In this document: in pieces, positions 42,092 through 55,912 of the stretch | Numbering within the stretch: the stretch's first letter is position 1 | Layout of the letters: each line of letters starts with the position of its first letter | Assembly: GCF_009914755.1 (NCBI RefSeq) | Contig: NC_060926.1 | Length of the DNA: 64,000 nt | Reading direction: 5' to 3' (one strand) | Origin: the human T2T-CHM13v2.0 reference genome, Homo sapiens | Notes under the pieces: model-generated | The model's database searches: none | The model's input: the letters and a program-made list of their open reading frames with translations, nothing else | What the model was told of the DNA's origin: nothing | Translations under genes and position numbers: made by a program

Positions 42092-42628
42092 TTTGTAATT
42101 CTTAAATTGGCTTTTTATGAATGTAGTTAGTAGGAATCATTTCTCAGACCTATTCATGGCTTTTAAAATGTAATTTTTAAAATTTTAATTTTTTTTTTTA
42201 CTTTTAAAGCAAAAGACAGACACCCTGTAAAACTTAGTCTCAGTAGTCATCTCTTGTACTTTATTATACATTTATCTTAATGAAGAAATTTTCCATAAGT
42301 GGATGTGTTCAGATAAAATAAATATGGCCTATACATTCAGAAGTGATACGATAACTGTCGTTTTAAAATACAAACATAAAATAAGCATGCACAAAAACAT
42401 AAGTGAATTATGTGGACTCCACAGAGGATTGCACAGAAGAGACAGAAAGAAAGCTTATTTGGGTGTCCTCTCAGCTAATACATTAACAATTTGCCTTCAA
42501 AATTTTATTCTCTCAGGCCTCACTTAAGTTTGGCCTCAAAAAGGAGGTTTATGTACAGAGAGGTTTGTATGGTACATATTAAGGTCTTTGTATTTTTTAA
42601 CTAAACTCATTCTACTAGATAAATTCAT

Positions 42629-43271
42629 TGTTACAGGTAGTTAGGCATGAGCTGGGCAGGAAAAGGCTCTCCTCACACCCATTAGGAATGTCAGGTGATG
42701 GTTCAGTGATTATCTCTAAAAATAACTTGGCAGTGCTAGGGAGAGGCCATTTCCTGATGGTCCACACCTGTTAACATCAAAATGTTAACTGAATGCAGGC
42801 CTCAGGGAGAAGCAACTTCCTGGGCATGCGTGTTAAGAGACAAACATGGTGAAGTATGATCTTCTGGGTACACTCCACTGGAAAACTAAAGAGAGCCTCA
42901 GATGGGCGTGCATATAACTCACCAAACACACTGTGCATGCTCACTTCCCAAGGGTAAGGAGGGCTTTGCATGTACTGGAAGCCCATCGTAAGGAAAGAAT
43001 CATGAAAAAGAGGTGAGCTCACAGTTAAAAGGGGGCACTTGACAGTCTCTCTTTCACCTTCACATGCCCGTTTAGGTCTCTTCCAAGCTCACTTTCCTTT
43101 CTTTCCTGTTCTAAGCCCTTTTTCTTTCTGCTCTGAAACCTCCCTCTTTTTCTGCTTTATGTCCTTCAGTCAAATTTTTTCTGCTGAGGAGGCAAGGACC
43201 GAAGTTGCTACGGACCGTAAGGATACGCTGCCAGTAACTTGGGGTTACTTGGATCTCTTCCACTGCTAGCA
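42629..43271 (+). mobile_element. MER50-like ERV1 solo LTR
   Basis: TGTTACAGGTAGTTAGGCATGAGC start, ...GCTAGCA end; TSD tcat/ccat. Confidence 0.82.
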
Positions 43272-43274
43272 CCA

Positions 43275-43408
43275 TTACTATGAGGAAGCCAAGGCCCAGA
43301 TGAGGAAGCCAAGGCCCAGAGAAGGTAAGTGGCCCAAGATCACACAGCTAGTAAGAAGCAGAGCTGGGCTTGCACCTCAGACTCTTAAGTGTTCAGTTGT
43401 TTAACCAT
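43275..43408 (-). mobile_element. MIR fragment with 20-bp tandem duplication
   Basis: gcccaagatcacacagctagtaag MIR core; tgaggaagccaaggcccaga occurs twice in tandem. Confidence 0.75.
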
Positions 43409-43798
43409 CACAATCTTCTTCCTTTTTATCTTCCGTTTCCCTGAGAATATTCAGATCCTGGGCTTCTGTCTCCTTCCTGTGAATTTTCTCTGGGGAACTT
43501 CCCCTTCTCTTTCTCCTGTTATGCAGAGGAGTCTCCTCATTCCCTAAGTGTGCACTTTAGAATCTCACTCCCACTTCAAGCATTAAAATATTTCCCTCTG
43601 TGAGAGGAATTTTGGCGAGTTTCACTGTTCTCCACCTTTTTGCCTAGATGAAAGGGAAAGCGATATACAGGAAGGTCTCTGCTGCAGGAGAGGGTAGGGA
43701 CCATCCCTTTGAGGGAGGCTCTTGAATTGCAGGATCTCCTCAGATTACATCTGGGAACCAGCGATTAGTCTGATGTGGTCATTTAAGATGAGACGACT

Positions 43799-44427
43799 TG
43801 TGTTAGGCCAGGTCTCACTAAGGCAGGCCTCCATAACAACTGTTTCAGCACTGACTGAGTGGTTAAGTTAAATGTTAAAAGCTGAGAAAGTCAGTGCCCT
43901 TATACAAAGGCTGGAATGTAACAAAAGCCCACCAAGAGTTTTGCCCAGGCCTTAAAGCATGGCAAGATAATGAAGGAATTCTTAACGGGATCTATTTAGG
44001 ATTAAACAAGTTTTACTGGGGGTCTGAAGAGACTCCCCAGGCCTCCACAAACAAGTTTTATTAGGGGTCTGAAGGAACTCCCCAAACCTCCATGATTTAG
44101 CAGGAGACAAGATAAGGGTAATCTCCCCAGCACCTGAACCCATTTAGATTAAGTAAATCTACTGAGGCTCCAGAGGAAGGTCTTCAGGATTCAGATCTTA
44201 GTTACAGGTTAAAAGAAGTTAGTGCACACTTACACGTAGACATATGGCTTAGAAGGTGTATAAGCTCTGGAAAACTTTGTAATTTTGGGTTGGTCTGGCA
44301 ATATTTTTCAGGCCTTCTCCCTGTAACCAGCTACAGAAATAAAAACTCCCTCCTTTCCCAGTTCACCTGCATCTCATTATTGGCCCACAAGAATAAGCAG
44401 TCCGACCCTCGGTTTAGTCTGGGAACA
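43799..44427 (+). mobile_element. MER39-like ERV1 solo LTR
   Basis: TGTGTTAGGCCAGGTCTCACTAA...CTGGGAACA; perfect TSD gact. Confidence 0.8.
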
Positions 44428-45404
44428 GACTGACATCTAGAGAAGTGAGACAACATCCCCCGGATTTCACAACTAGACAAGTGCCTGAGGCAGGACTAGA
44501 ACCCGTAACTCATTCATAATTCTACAAGTCAAATGGAACCCAGGACCGTGACTTAAGGCTTGGACCTCTGCAGCTTTTCAGCTTTTGGGCTCCCGACCCC
44601 CAGAGGTCAAAGCTGTTTTTGTAGTCAAACACTTCAGAAAGGGTCCAATCCATTTCCTGGTATGATAATTAATGGGAAGCAGCTGTCTTCTCTTTTATTT
44701 AAAATGGAATTTATAGGAGTGATATGGGGATTAATATTTATAAAGTATTTTTAAGAGGCAGAAGCACTGTGATTATTCAATAGAGTGTAGAGTTATTGGA
44801 TAGTGACATGAATCAATCTCTTGAAATCTTCTTAAGTAGGCAAAATGAATATGACAAAGGACCTGATCAAAAGCCCAAAATAGACGTCAGGTGCACATCG
44901 ATGCATCCTGTCAGGCTTGCCAGCATTTTAGAAAAGTCACAGGTATCACTCTTCCTGTGAGTCCCCTTCGAGTGTAGCTTCTTACGGGTATAAAACCTTG
45001 AGACTCATGGGCAGCTGTTGCTCATGCTCACCTAATTGTTCTTAGCATGATGTTACTTTAGCAGAAACTGGCCAGCTCCCCAAAGTAATGTCGATTTTTC
45101 CTGAAGATTTAATGGGGAATGGAGAAGGGAGTTTAAATTACATATACTGCAGCAATGCTTAGTAAAATATATTACATCTCTGATCTATTCCCAAAGTTGC
45201 TTTCTGGTTGACAGATCCTCATGCCCACACCCTTATCTTTCCCACAGCCTTCAAAACCTCATCTATCTTCTGGAGCCCTTCGGCTCTTTCCATACCTCAT
45301 TTTGCAAAACAAAGCATGATAGCTAGCCAGCCTTATGCCCTTGAGAAATCAATTCAGGTTCAGGGACTATCTATTATTTCTCAAACCTGTCCTTGAAGCT
45401 TTAG

Positions 45405-45913
<509 letters not shown>

Positions 45914-46106
45914 TATTAACATCCAAAAAGATATATGGTGAGGATGGGGGAGGAAAGAGGGAGGCAATTCTACTGTTAAAAGAAATAGGATTTTCTTCTT
46001 TTTCTCCATGTGCTAACATCTGGATTTGTCCTCCCATATTTAGATTTAGCTGGTACCCAGAGTCAATCAGTTAAACTTAAGATTTGATTTGGGATAAATA
46101 ACATAA

Positions 46107-46457
<351 letters not shown>

Positions 46458-48019
46458 AATTTCTTCATCTTTTAAGGCATCCCAATAGATACTTTTACTT
46501 TCAAATAATTTGTGAAAAGAGTTTAAGAAACTGCAATTGAATAACTGAAACTGTATTGATAGTAAAGTATTATAAATATATCCAAAAAATGTGATTACAT
46601 ACTAACAAAACAATATAAAGAGTGGTCTAAGAACAAATGAATAGAAATTGAGTGAAAAATAACATTTGAAGGTTGTTTAAAATAAGGAGTAAACTTATCT
46701 TTGAGGGCATTTTATTTAGAATTCATAACATTGAGAGATGATGAAGCAGAGAAGACAAGGTTTATAATTTGGATCCATATGTTTTATATGAACTTGGTTT
46801 GAAACAAATACAAGCAAAATATAAATTAGAGAGAAAGTATAACATTAAACACTACAAAATAGGCCATAAGGTTAAAATTAAGAAAATGTTTATAAAGTTG
46901 ACTCATCAAGTGATATTCAATATTCAAGATAGGAACAATGAAACACCCTCTTGTAAGTATTCAAGAGTTTATTTTTAGTAGATAATTATGAAATTGAATA
47001 GATCACTGAGCTCACTGGGAAGCCATACTCATTAGGCTCATTATCTTAACAGGACTTATTCAAAGGTAAACATGCTTGATGTGGCCCATCTACATGTGGC
47101 TTTTAGAAGGAGATGTAAAGACCAAATTGCCACCAATGACAAGTTGTTAGTGCTTTGGGCAGGATGATCCTTCTAACTGTTTCAAATTTAAAATGCTGGC
47201 ATATCTGATTCTATGGGAACTATTTTACTACTCTGAAATGCGTACATAACTGATAGCAATGTACAATAGTTGTCTATAGACCTGCAAACTCTATTCTGTA
47301 GAGGATTCAATTGACTTTCCTCCCCTCACTGAGGAATTTAGTTAGTTTTGCCTCCACCATTTGCACATTCATTTCAAGATTTCTTATCTGTAAATGTCTG
47401 TTCTTTGAATTCTTCTTTTACTGGTTATAACATCTTATTAATTCTCTCATTGATGAGTTAAAGGAAGTTTTTAACGTGTTCATTTTTATATCTGTGTGAA
47501 AGTCACAGTTTTACTATTTTAAAAAATTGTCCTTTAAGATTACTTAGGAAACAAAATTCCTGTACACTCAATTAGTCAAAATGAGTGAAGAGAACATCTA
47601 TTTCAATGGCATGCTATATTTTCCCACACTGATTAAACATATTTTCTGCTTAGTGAATATGTTAAAGAAGTTTCTGCTCTAATTAGTTTCTCACTCATCA
47701 ATCATTTTCAGTCTGATTGTCTTCTCTGCAGGGGATGCAGGGAAGTAGGGTTTACCCAAGTGTAATCTTGGTAACTGCATGCTAACGGTTCATTTTGCAC
47801 TGCAACTGCTTTTCCTTTTTCATAGGCCAGATCCTATTCTGTGAAGTATAGAACTGAGTCTTCTATTAATCTCATAGCTGCCAACTATGAGATTAATAGA
47901 ATAAAATATGAAGGCCCTTTTCTTTCCTGAATGATGGGAAGAATTCTGGTGTGTCAAGTGAGTCATCACGCAATAAGCATTTAAGCACCTAGTATACGTT
48001 GAGGCCCCTGCAAGATGCT

Positions 48020-48512
48020 ATTGGAGGAAACCAAAATATTCCTCTCTAAAATATGAGGATTCTTGGGCTAAAGAAGGTTGAAACGCAGGAGTGGACACTC
48101 TGCCCCTTCTTCTGCTTGCCTGATGGCAGGGCAGTGATTTACAAAGACAAAAGGTCATCCTGTCTCCTTTCTGCCTTTTTCCACCTCAAGACAGGCCCCT
48201 TTGCCACACTTGCTTATCAGCTTAGATACAGTAATGCTAGGGAATCTAGGAGCAGACTTTACTCCTTTCATAAGTGTACATTCCCATATTTCCACACATT
48301 TGGGAAGCCTGAAGATACTCACTTCTTTGTCTTGTCATTGTAGGATTTATGGGTCATTGTTTAAGCAAGGCCCCTAAGCCACTGCCCTGAGAGAGGAATA
48401 ATTTTGAACGGAGGCCACTCCTGCATGATGGGTACAGAACATGTCAATAGACCTCTGCTGACTTTTCTCTTGTAAATCTGTCTGTTCTCAGGAGAGTGTC
48501 ACAACTAACAAC
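48020..48512 (+). mobile_element. Old ERV1 LTR (MER34-group-like)
   Basis: accaaaatattcctctctaaaatatg start; LTR-like 3' end. Subfamily uncertain. Confidence 0.5.
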
Positions 48513-48654
48513 CTAGAGGGAAAGAAAAGAAATTGTGTTTTTTCCCCTGTACTATGACGTATAAGACAAGACACCTTTCCTCAACATGTTTACAATCCAG
48601 TTGGCAAGAGAAAATTAAGGTGTAAGAAAACAGAAATCAATATGTCAATTTAAG

Positions 48655-49200
48655 ATAATGAAAAGGATCAGAATGTAGTTTAAAGAGAGTTTATTCAAGG
48701 GTAAAGTTTGAAGGTGGGCCACCTAGGAAGCATGGATTTCAAGGAATGAAGGTGAGTATTCCCAAGTGTAGAAGTTTGAGATAATTTATATAGACAAAGT
48801 TTAGGGAAGTTTAATAGAATTTTAATATCTCTTAATGTAAGGCTTAATGTGTGGTTATAATGATCTGATTAGTCAAGGTGGTCTTTTTCTTTTGGTAAAG
48901 GAATATTTAACATTCTATGCTGAAGATGCAATGTCATGGGGTCTTGGGTGCCATTTGGTCTGAGGTAAGTACAGGACAAAAAAGGAGGCAGTTAATCTCT
49001 AAGAAAGACTAGTGATTGGAAGGGTGAGGGTCTGTGCTCTGGTTTCTCTTAGTCATTTACAGAACAAGGACAATGAGGAAGAGAACTAAGCTATAATCTA
49101 AGCAGCTGAATTGTAAACATGCTATGTGACTCAGTCTCCAGGACTTAACCTCTCCCTTGGCACAATAAGTTTAGAGGACCCTTCAATTTCATTTATGTAT
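48655..49200 (-). mobile_element. Old ERV1 LTR (MER31/MER67-like)
   Basis: gagagtttattcaagggtaaagtttgaagg antisense poly(A) region. Subfamily uncertain. Confidence 0.5.
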
Positions 49201-49333
49201 TTAAGAAATAAAATACTAAATTGGTGAATATTAAGAATGCAGTAGAAGATCAAACAAAGGAATAATCAGCATGGACTGGAGTATTCAGGGAAGGCTTCCT
49301 GAAGGAGGTAATATTTGAGCTGGTATTTAAAGA

Positions 49334-50450
49334 TGTTATGGTCTGAATGTTTGTGTATCATAGAAATTTATGTTAAACCTAGTCTCCAATGTGTCGGTAT
49401 TAAGAAGTGGGGCCTTGGAAAGATGATTAGGTCATGAGGGCTAATCTTTCATGAATGGAATTAGTGCCTCTATAAAAGAGGTCCCAGAGAGCTGCCTTGT
49501 CCCTTCCTGTAACTGCTCAGTGGGTTCTCTCTGCCTGCTGCCTAGACAGAGCCAATTTATCAAGACAGGAGAATTGCAATAGAGAGTTTTATTCATGCAG
49601 AGCCAGTTGTATTGGAGACTGGAGTTTTTTTATTACTCAGATCAGTCTCCCTGAAAACTCAGGGATCAGGATTTTTAAGGATAATCTGGTGGTAGGGGGC
49701 CAGTGAGTTGGGAGTGCTGAATGGTTGGTTTGGAGATGAAATCATAGGGAGTTAAAGCTGTCCTCTTCCACTGAGTCAGTTCTTTGGTGGGAACCACAAG
49801 ACCAGATGAGCCAGTTTATTGATCTGGGCAGTGTCAGCTGATCCACTGGGTACTGGATCTGCAAAATATCTGAAGCATTGATCTTAGGTTTTACAATAAT
49901 GATGTTATCCCTAGGAACAATTTGGGGAGGTTCGGAATCTTACAACCTCCAGCTGCATGACTCCTAAACCATAATTTCTAATCTTTTGGCTAATCTGTTA
50001 GTCCTATAAAGGCAGTCTAGTCCCCAGGCAGGAACGGGGCTTGTTTCGGGAAAGGGCTGTTATTGTCTTTGTTTCAAAGTTAAGATAAACTATAAAAGTT
50101 AAACTATGGTACAAACTATAAGTTCTTCCCAAAGTTAATTTGGCCTACACCGAGGAATGAACAAGGACAAGTTGGAAGTTAGAAGCAAGATGTAGTCAGT
50201 TAGGTCTGATCTCTTTCACTGATATAATTTTCTCACTTATAATTTTTGCAAAAATGGTTTCAATCCTCCTTGTGAGGATACAATGAGAAGACCACAATCT
50301 ATGAACCAGGAAGAGGGCCCTCACCAGACACTGAATCAGCCAGTGCCTTGATCTTGGACCTACCAGCATCCAGAAGTATAAGAAATATGTTTATGTTGCA
50401 TACTTTAAGCCACCCAGTTTATGGTATTTTGTTACAGCAGCCTGAACAAA
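49334..50450 (+). mobile_element. MLT1A/MSTD-like MaLR LTR split by LTR8
   Basis: tgttatggtctgaatgtttgtgt start; aagccacccagtttatggtattttgttacagcagcc end. Confidence 0.8.
49508..50262 (-). mobile_element. LTR8-like ERV1 solo LTR
   Basis: Minus strand starts TGAAACCATTTTTGCAAAAATTATAA; TSD ttcc/atcc. Confidence 0.85.
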
Positions 50451-50731
50451 TTGGGTTTGTTATATCCAATTCAGCCTGAGCTGAAATTGGATATAAATGT
50501 TAGGGGTGGAGGTTAATCATTTTAAACAGGGATTTTTAGCCCAGGATCCATGTTTGTACTTCAGGAAATCCCTAAAATTGTTTTCAAGATTTTGGGCATA
50601 TTTGTGCTGGTGCATTTTTTTTTCATGATTGGGTTCATCATCTTTATCAGCTTCTCAAAGGGGTCTGTGACTACTCAAAAGTAAAGACCCAGGAGGTGGC
50701 AAGACATTACAGTTAATGTCATCTCAACACT

Positions 50732-51197
50732 TGTAGTCGTGAACACCAGCTAGTTGTCATGGGTAGCAATCAACTGGGGCAGGCAGCAGGGGCAGTAAAG
50801 GAATTTACCAAAAACAGTTGTTGGTAAAGAAAGGCAGATTTAGTAGAGAAGGTAGAAAACTATGAAACTATGTTGCAAGAAAGCAATGGGAAGATCAGCA
50901 AGAGAGGAGCTGACTGCAGAGGCAAAGGCTTGCTGGGGATTATATAGACTGATGCTTGTGCTGGGGAGGGCTATGGGCAGTACTGATAACGCCAAGGTTG
51001 CAGGGGGCTAACTTGCATTTTTCTATGAGCCAAGGGTCTAGTGATAAGTTGGGCACAGGGAGATTCTGAGTATTTGTGCAGGAAGGCTGTGTGTCCTGGA
51101 CCATGAAGAAGGGCAGACTTATAGCTTATCTGCTTTTTCTTTTTACTTTCTTCTGCTCCGGCCTGCCTGATGCCTTTTCCCTTATTAGGACTCCACA
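50732..51197 (-). mobile_element. MER66-like ERV1 LTR
   Basis: Minus strand starts TGTGGAGTCCTAATAAGGGAAAAGG...AGCAGATAAGCTATAAGTCTGCC. Confidence 0.7.
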
Positions 51198-51201
51198 ATA
51201 G

Positions 51202-51741
51202 TGAAGGAGCCTGCCCAGGGAATTTCACCCCAAAATATGGCACCCTAGTATAATAAGTATTTTCAATTAAAGGCCCTTGGAGATGCTAGAGTAAACATTT
51301 CTCTTATCTGTGTAAAGATGACCTGCCAAGGAGAACAATTACTTTCCAACCCCTCCCTGAAATCTTGTTATCTATCTCAGAAAAAAAGATCTGGATGGAC
51401 CTTTTCACAAGATAAGATCTGTATTTTGGGCTCATTCAAATTTCAACGAGAGCCATTTACAGGTTATTTCTGTCTCCCCTCTCCCGTTGATTCTCCCTAA
51501 TAACCATTTATGGATTCTCAAAACAATTACCTACATTTCCAATCTTCCCCCTCTGCTATAAAGAAAGATATGAGTAATTGGGCCTCATTAGGTTAGTGAG
51601 TAAACACTCTTCTGTGATTTCCCCTCAGGCACATTAAAATACATTTGTATAACTTTTTCTCTTATTAATCTGCCTTTTGTCAGTTCATTTTCAGCAAGCC
51701 TTCAGGAGGTAATGGGGAAGTTTTTCCTCTTTGCTCCTACA
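51202..51741 (+). mobile_element. MER34-like ERV1 solo LTR
   Basis: TGAAGGAG...caccccaaaatatgg...CCTACA; perfect TSD atag. Confidence 0.72.
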
Positions 51742-53802
51742 ATAGCAGCTTCTAACATGCAATGTGATGAAGCATTGGTAGGTAGAATAAAGGAGCTAAA
51801 CACATTCCTGTGAGCAGCACCAGGAGAAAAGCCACTTTCTCTACTCTAATCGAACTTCTGGACATGTGTAGGAGTTTTGCATTTGGGTTTCCTAACTTAA
51901 ATTGAATACAGTTACATGGTTTCTACCTTTACATTAGAAAAGTGTAAGTTTCTTGTAAAACAGATAAATCTTATAAATTAAAACTTGTTAGATTTTATCT
52001 TCTCAAACTTGGGCATGCTTATTCTTTACTCCTATGTTCATGATCTCTCCCTCTCTCTCCCCGTTAAACTGTTGAACACAAAGGACATAAAGTTGTTGAC
52101 GTAAAGAAAGAAACTGAGGCAAAACTGATAAAGCAGACAGTTTATTTAGGCCAAATTTGAGGACTGCGACCTGGGAGACACAGATTTTTTTTTGTTTTGT
52201 TATTAGAATCTAGCACATCTTGAGAGACACAGAGTCAAGTTGCCTTGAATATATGCTCTGATTAGTATTACTTACAAGTGGGTTTTTTAAGAAAAAAAGA
52301 AAAGGTAGTTCCTAAGTTGAACATGAGCTATCGATTGACACGTTGAAATTGTACCACAAATTCAAGGAATACGAAGATAATGGGTGATAGTCACTGTGCA
52401 ACTTGGGATAGCTTTCAGGTAATTTATCAGCTAGTGTAGAAACTACAGGGAAGAAAAAAAAGAACAAAATGCCTTTAAACAATTAAACCCAGTCACGGGT
52501 GTGGCGGTAGGGGAAGAATAATTGAAGACTCTTCTCATGTATCTATGGGTCTCTTAAATTTTTCATACCTCACGTTCTTCAGACTGCTCTGAGCTACTTT
52601 TTGGTCTCATTTCTTCCTTTTGCTTGTGATCTTTCTTTTTTGAAAGCATTGATGATCAACATTTCAGATGTAAGTTTTTCCCATGTCTCTGATGAGGCTC
52701 ATTTTTAGGTAGTCTAGTCTTACATCAGAGGGAAAGAGGAGAGATACCATGGCTTAAAAACTTAATGAGGTCTCCAGGCAAAATTGATTGGCAACACAAA
52801 GGGACAGAACAATAGGATCTCAGGCTGTCCTCTTACAAAGGACCTGTTGCATGTTGGATTATTTCTAAGCATCTAGCTATTATTTTAGTCCTTGTTGTTG
52901 ACATTAGACATCTAGATATGCAAAGCATAATCAATTTAAGGATAAAAAATATGACCCAAGGTCAATTATTAACAAAACAATTTGTATTCTAGAGCTGTAA
53001 AGTGTTCTTATTCCCAAAGATAACCAATCAAATAAATCATGTAAGAAGTCTTTCTAACATCTTGCAGCCATTTAGCCTTTCAAGTAATTTTTAACTGATT
53101 TTCCCTGTCTTGGCCTCGTCTGAAGGACAAGGTGACTGCTGGCAGGTCAGTTTCAGTTGGAGATCTCTGGTAATAGAAAATGTCCACTCAGGCAGGGCTG
53201 TCTTTTAAAAATGGGAAATGTGAATTTATGAGTCAATGCATTTGAGTTTAGCTCCACAAGGATTGGTTAATAATACCTGATAGGGTCCCTTCCAACATGG
53301 TTGGAGGAAGTACTTTATTTGGTGGAGTTTCCAAAAAACAAAATCTCCAGGTTGGAAGCCATAATCTTTGATGTTTTCATCTCCTGGGAGCTTGCTGTTA
53401 AAAATCTTTACTCGATGTAAAATTTTTTTAGTAAGAAGCTTTATAGGCCTTGACAATAATGAAGAATATCATCTTTAAGGAGAGCTGGTTTGTAGGGCTC
53501 CATCTAGGGACATGGGCCTTCCTGTTACTATTTCAAAGACAGAAAGCTGATGTTTTACAAATGGGGTAGATGTAAATTAAGCAATACTACTGGAAGAGTC
53601 TTAGGCAAGGGAAGTTTAAAAGTTTCTATAAGCTTTGCCAGTTTATCTGTATTATCTCGTGTGTGTTCTACCAGTCTGGAAGGTTGAGGGTGATATGCAC
53701 AATGGAAGTGTTGAAAAAATCAGCCATATGTTGCAAATAGACTGAATTATTTGGCCAGTGAAATGGGTTCCTTGATTGTTGTGAAACTTGGAAACATTTC
53801 CC

Positions 53803-54162
53803 TGTATTAAATTTGTTCTCACACTGCCATAAAGAAATACACGAGACTGGATGATTTATAATGGAAAGAGGTTTCATTGACTCAACAGTTCCACACAGCT
53901 GGGGAGGCCTCAGGAAACTTACAATCATGACATTAGAGCAAGCAGGTTCCTTCTTCCCCAGGCGTCAGGAGACAAAGAAGAGTGAAGGGGGAAGAGCCCC
54001 TTATAAAACCGTCAGATCTCATGAGAACTGAATACTCACTATGACAAGAACAGCATGGGAGAATCTGCTCCCATGATCCAATCAATCACCTCCCTTCCTC
54101 GCCATGTGGGGATTACAATTTGAGACGAGATTTGGGTGGGGGCACAGAACCAAACCATAACA
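53803..54162 (-). mobile_element. THE1D/MST-type MaLR solo LTR
   Basis: tgtatta...accataaca termini; perfect 5-bp TSD ttccc. Confidence 0.9.
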
Positions 54163-54629
54163 TTCCCCAAGAAAGAGTGGAAAAAGACTTAAAATGGCCA
54201 TGATTAAAAATGAAACTGACAAAGAAACTTGGTTAATTTTTGTGTGAACCAAAATTCAACATAGTAATCATAATTGTGACTGAATACATATACCAAGACA
54301 TATCAGCTTTTTAGGAAATCTCATACAATCTTGGAACACACAGTCAGAACACATTCATACAAATATTAACTCAAAAAAGTTAAATGCCATTTTTTAAAGT
54401 TTAGCAAGGCTTCCCATTTTTTACATAGCAAAATAAGCCTAATGCCTAATACGTTCCTTTTGAACTTTCAGGAGTTCTTTATGGAACGTTTGAAAGTTAA
54501 TTTGAGGTTAAAAAAAAAAAGACTTAATGTAAAAATCTGATAATTCCTTTTGGAAAGTTGATTCAAGTACCAAAGGGTTAAAACACTTGCTATTAAGATA
54601 AAAAAATTTAGAAGACTTGATCAAAATAC

Positions 54630-55912
54630 TGTGCCCGGAATTGGTGGGTTCTTGATCTCACCAACTTCAAGAATGAAGCCATGGACCCTCACAGTGAGTG
54701 TTACAGTTCTTAAAGATAGTGTGTCCACAGTTTCTTCCTTCTGATACTCAGATGTTTTTGGAGTTTTTCTTCTCTCCTGGTGAGTTCGTGGTTTCACTGG
54801 CTTCAGAAGTGAAGCTACAGACCTTTGTGGTGTTACAGTTCTTAAGGCAGTGTGTCTGAAGTTGTTCGTTCCTCCCATCCGGAGTTGTTCATTCCTCCCA
54901 GTGCGTTCGTGGTCTCACTGGCCTCAAGAGTAAAGCTGCAGACCTTCACGGTTAAGTGTTACAGCTCTTAAGAGCAGTGCGGACCCAAAGAGTGAACAGC
55001 AGCAAGATTTATTGCAAAGAACAAAACAACAAAGCTTCCTGACCCGAGCACGTTGCCGCTGCTTGCCGGGGAGGCCTGCTTTTATTATCTTATCTGGCCC
55101 TACCTGCATCCTGCTGATTGGTCCATTTTACAGAGAGCTGATTGGTCTGTTTTACAGAGAGCTGATTGGTCTGTTTTGACAGGGTGCTGATTGGTGCGTT
55201 TACAATCCCTGAGCTAGACACAGAGTGCTGACTGGTGCATTTACAATCCTCTAGCTAGACATAAAAGTTCTCCAAGTCCCCACCCAACTCAGGAACCCAG
55301 CTGGCTTCATCTAGTGGATCCTGCATTGGGGCCGTGGGTGAAGCTGCCTGCCAGTCCCGTGCCACTGTGTGCCTGCACTCCTAAGGCCCTGGGCGGTCGG
55401 TGGGATAGGGTGTTGTGGAGCAGAGGATGGTGTCTGTTGGGGAGGCTCGGGCCATGCGGGAGCACACGGGGGATCGGGGGGGAGGCTTGGGCATGGCAGG
55501 CTGCAGGTCCTGAGCCCTGCCCTGGGGGGAGTCAGCTGAGGCCCAGCGAGAATTTGAGCGTGGCACCAGCAGGCCGGCACTGCTGAGGGACCCAGTGCAC
55601 CCTCTGCAGCTGCTGGCCCAGGTGCTAAGCCCCTCACTGCCTGGGGCCGGCGGCACCGGCTGACCCCTCGGAGTGTGGGGCCCACTGAGCCCACGCCCAC
55701 CCGGAACTTGCGCTGGCCCAGGAGCGCGCAGCCCTGGTTCCCACCCGCACCTCTCCCTCCATACCTCCCCGCAAGCAGAGGGAGCCGGCTCCGGCCTTGG
55801 CTAGCCCACAGAGGGGTTCCCACAGTGCAGTGGTGGGCTGAAGGGCTCCTCAAGCGTGGCCAGAGTGGATGCCGAGAGCGAGCGAGGGCTGCTATCATGT
55901 TGTCACCTCTCA
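54630..55912 (-). mobile_element. LTR12 (ERV9; LTR12C/D-like) solo LTR, 1283 bp
   Basis: Minus strand TGAGAGGTGACA start, GC-rich U3, tandem CCAAT repeats, ...CCACCAATTCCGGGCACA end; TSD atac/atag. Confidence 0.92.
55079..55240 (-). promoter_or_regulatory. LTR12 promoter: NF-Y CCAAT array plus AATAAAA TATA-like box
   Basis: Four intact ATTGG at ~55117, 55141, 55165 and 55190, one mutated ACTGG at 55231; cttttatt at ~55079. Confidence 0.65.

Noticed and set aside
53226-53456. Functional integrase gene
   Set aside because: Short C-terminal remnant within a disrupted ERV1 internal region.
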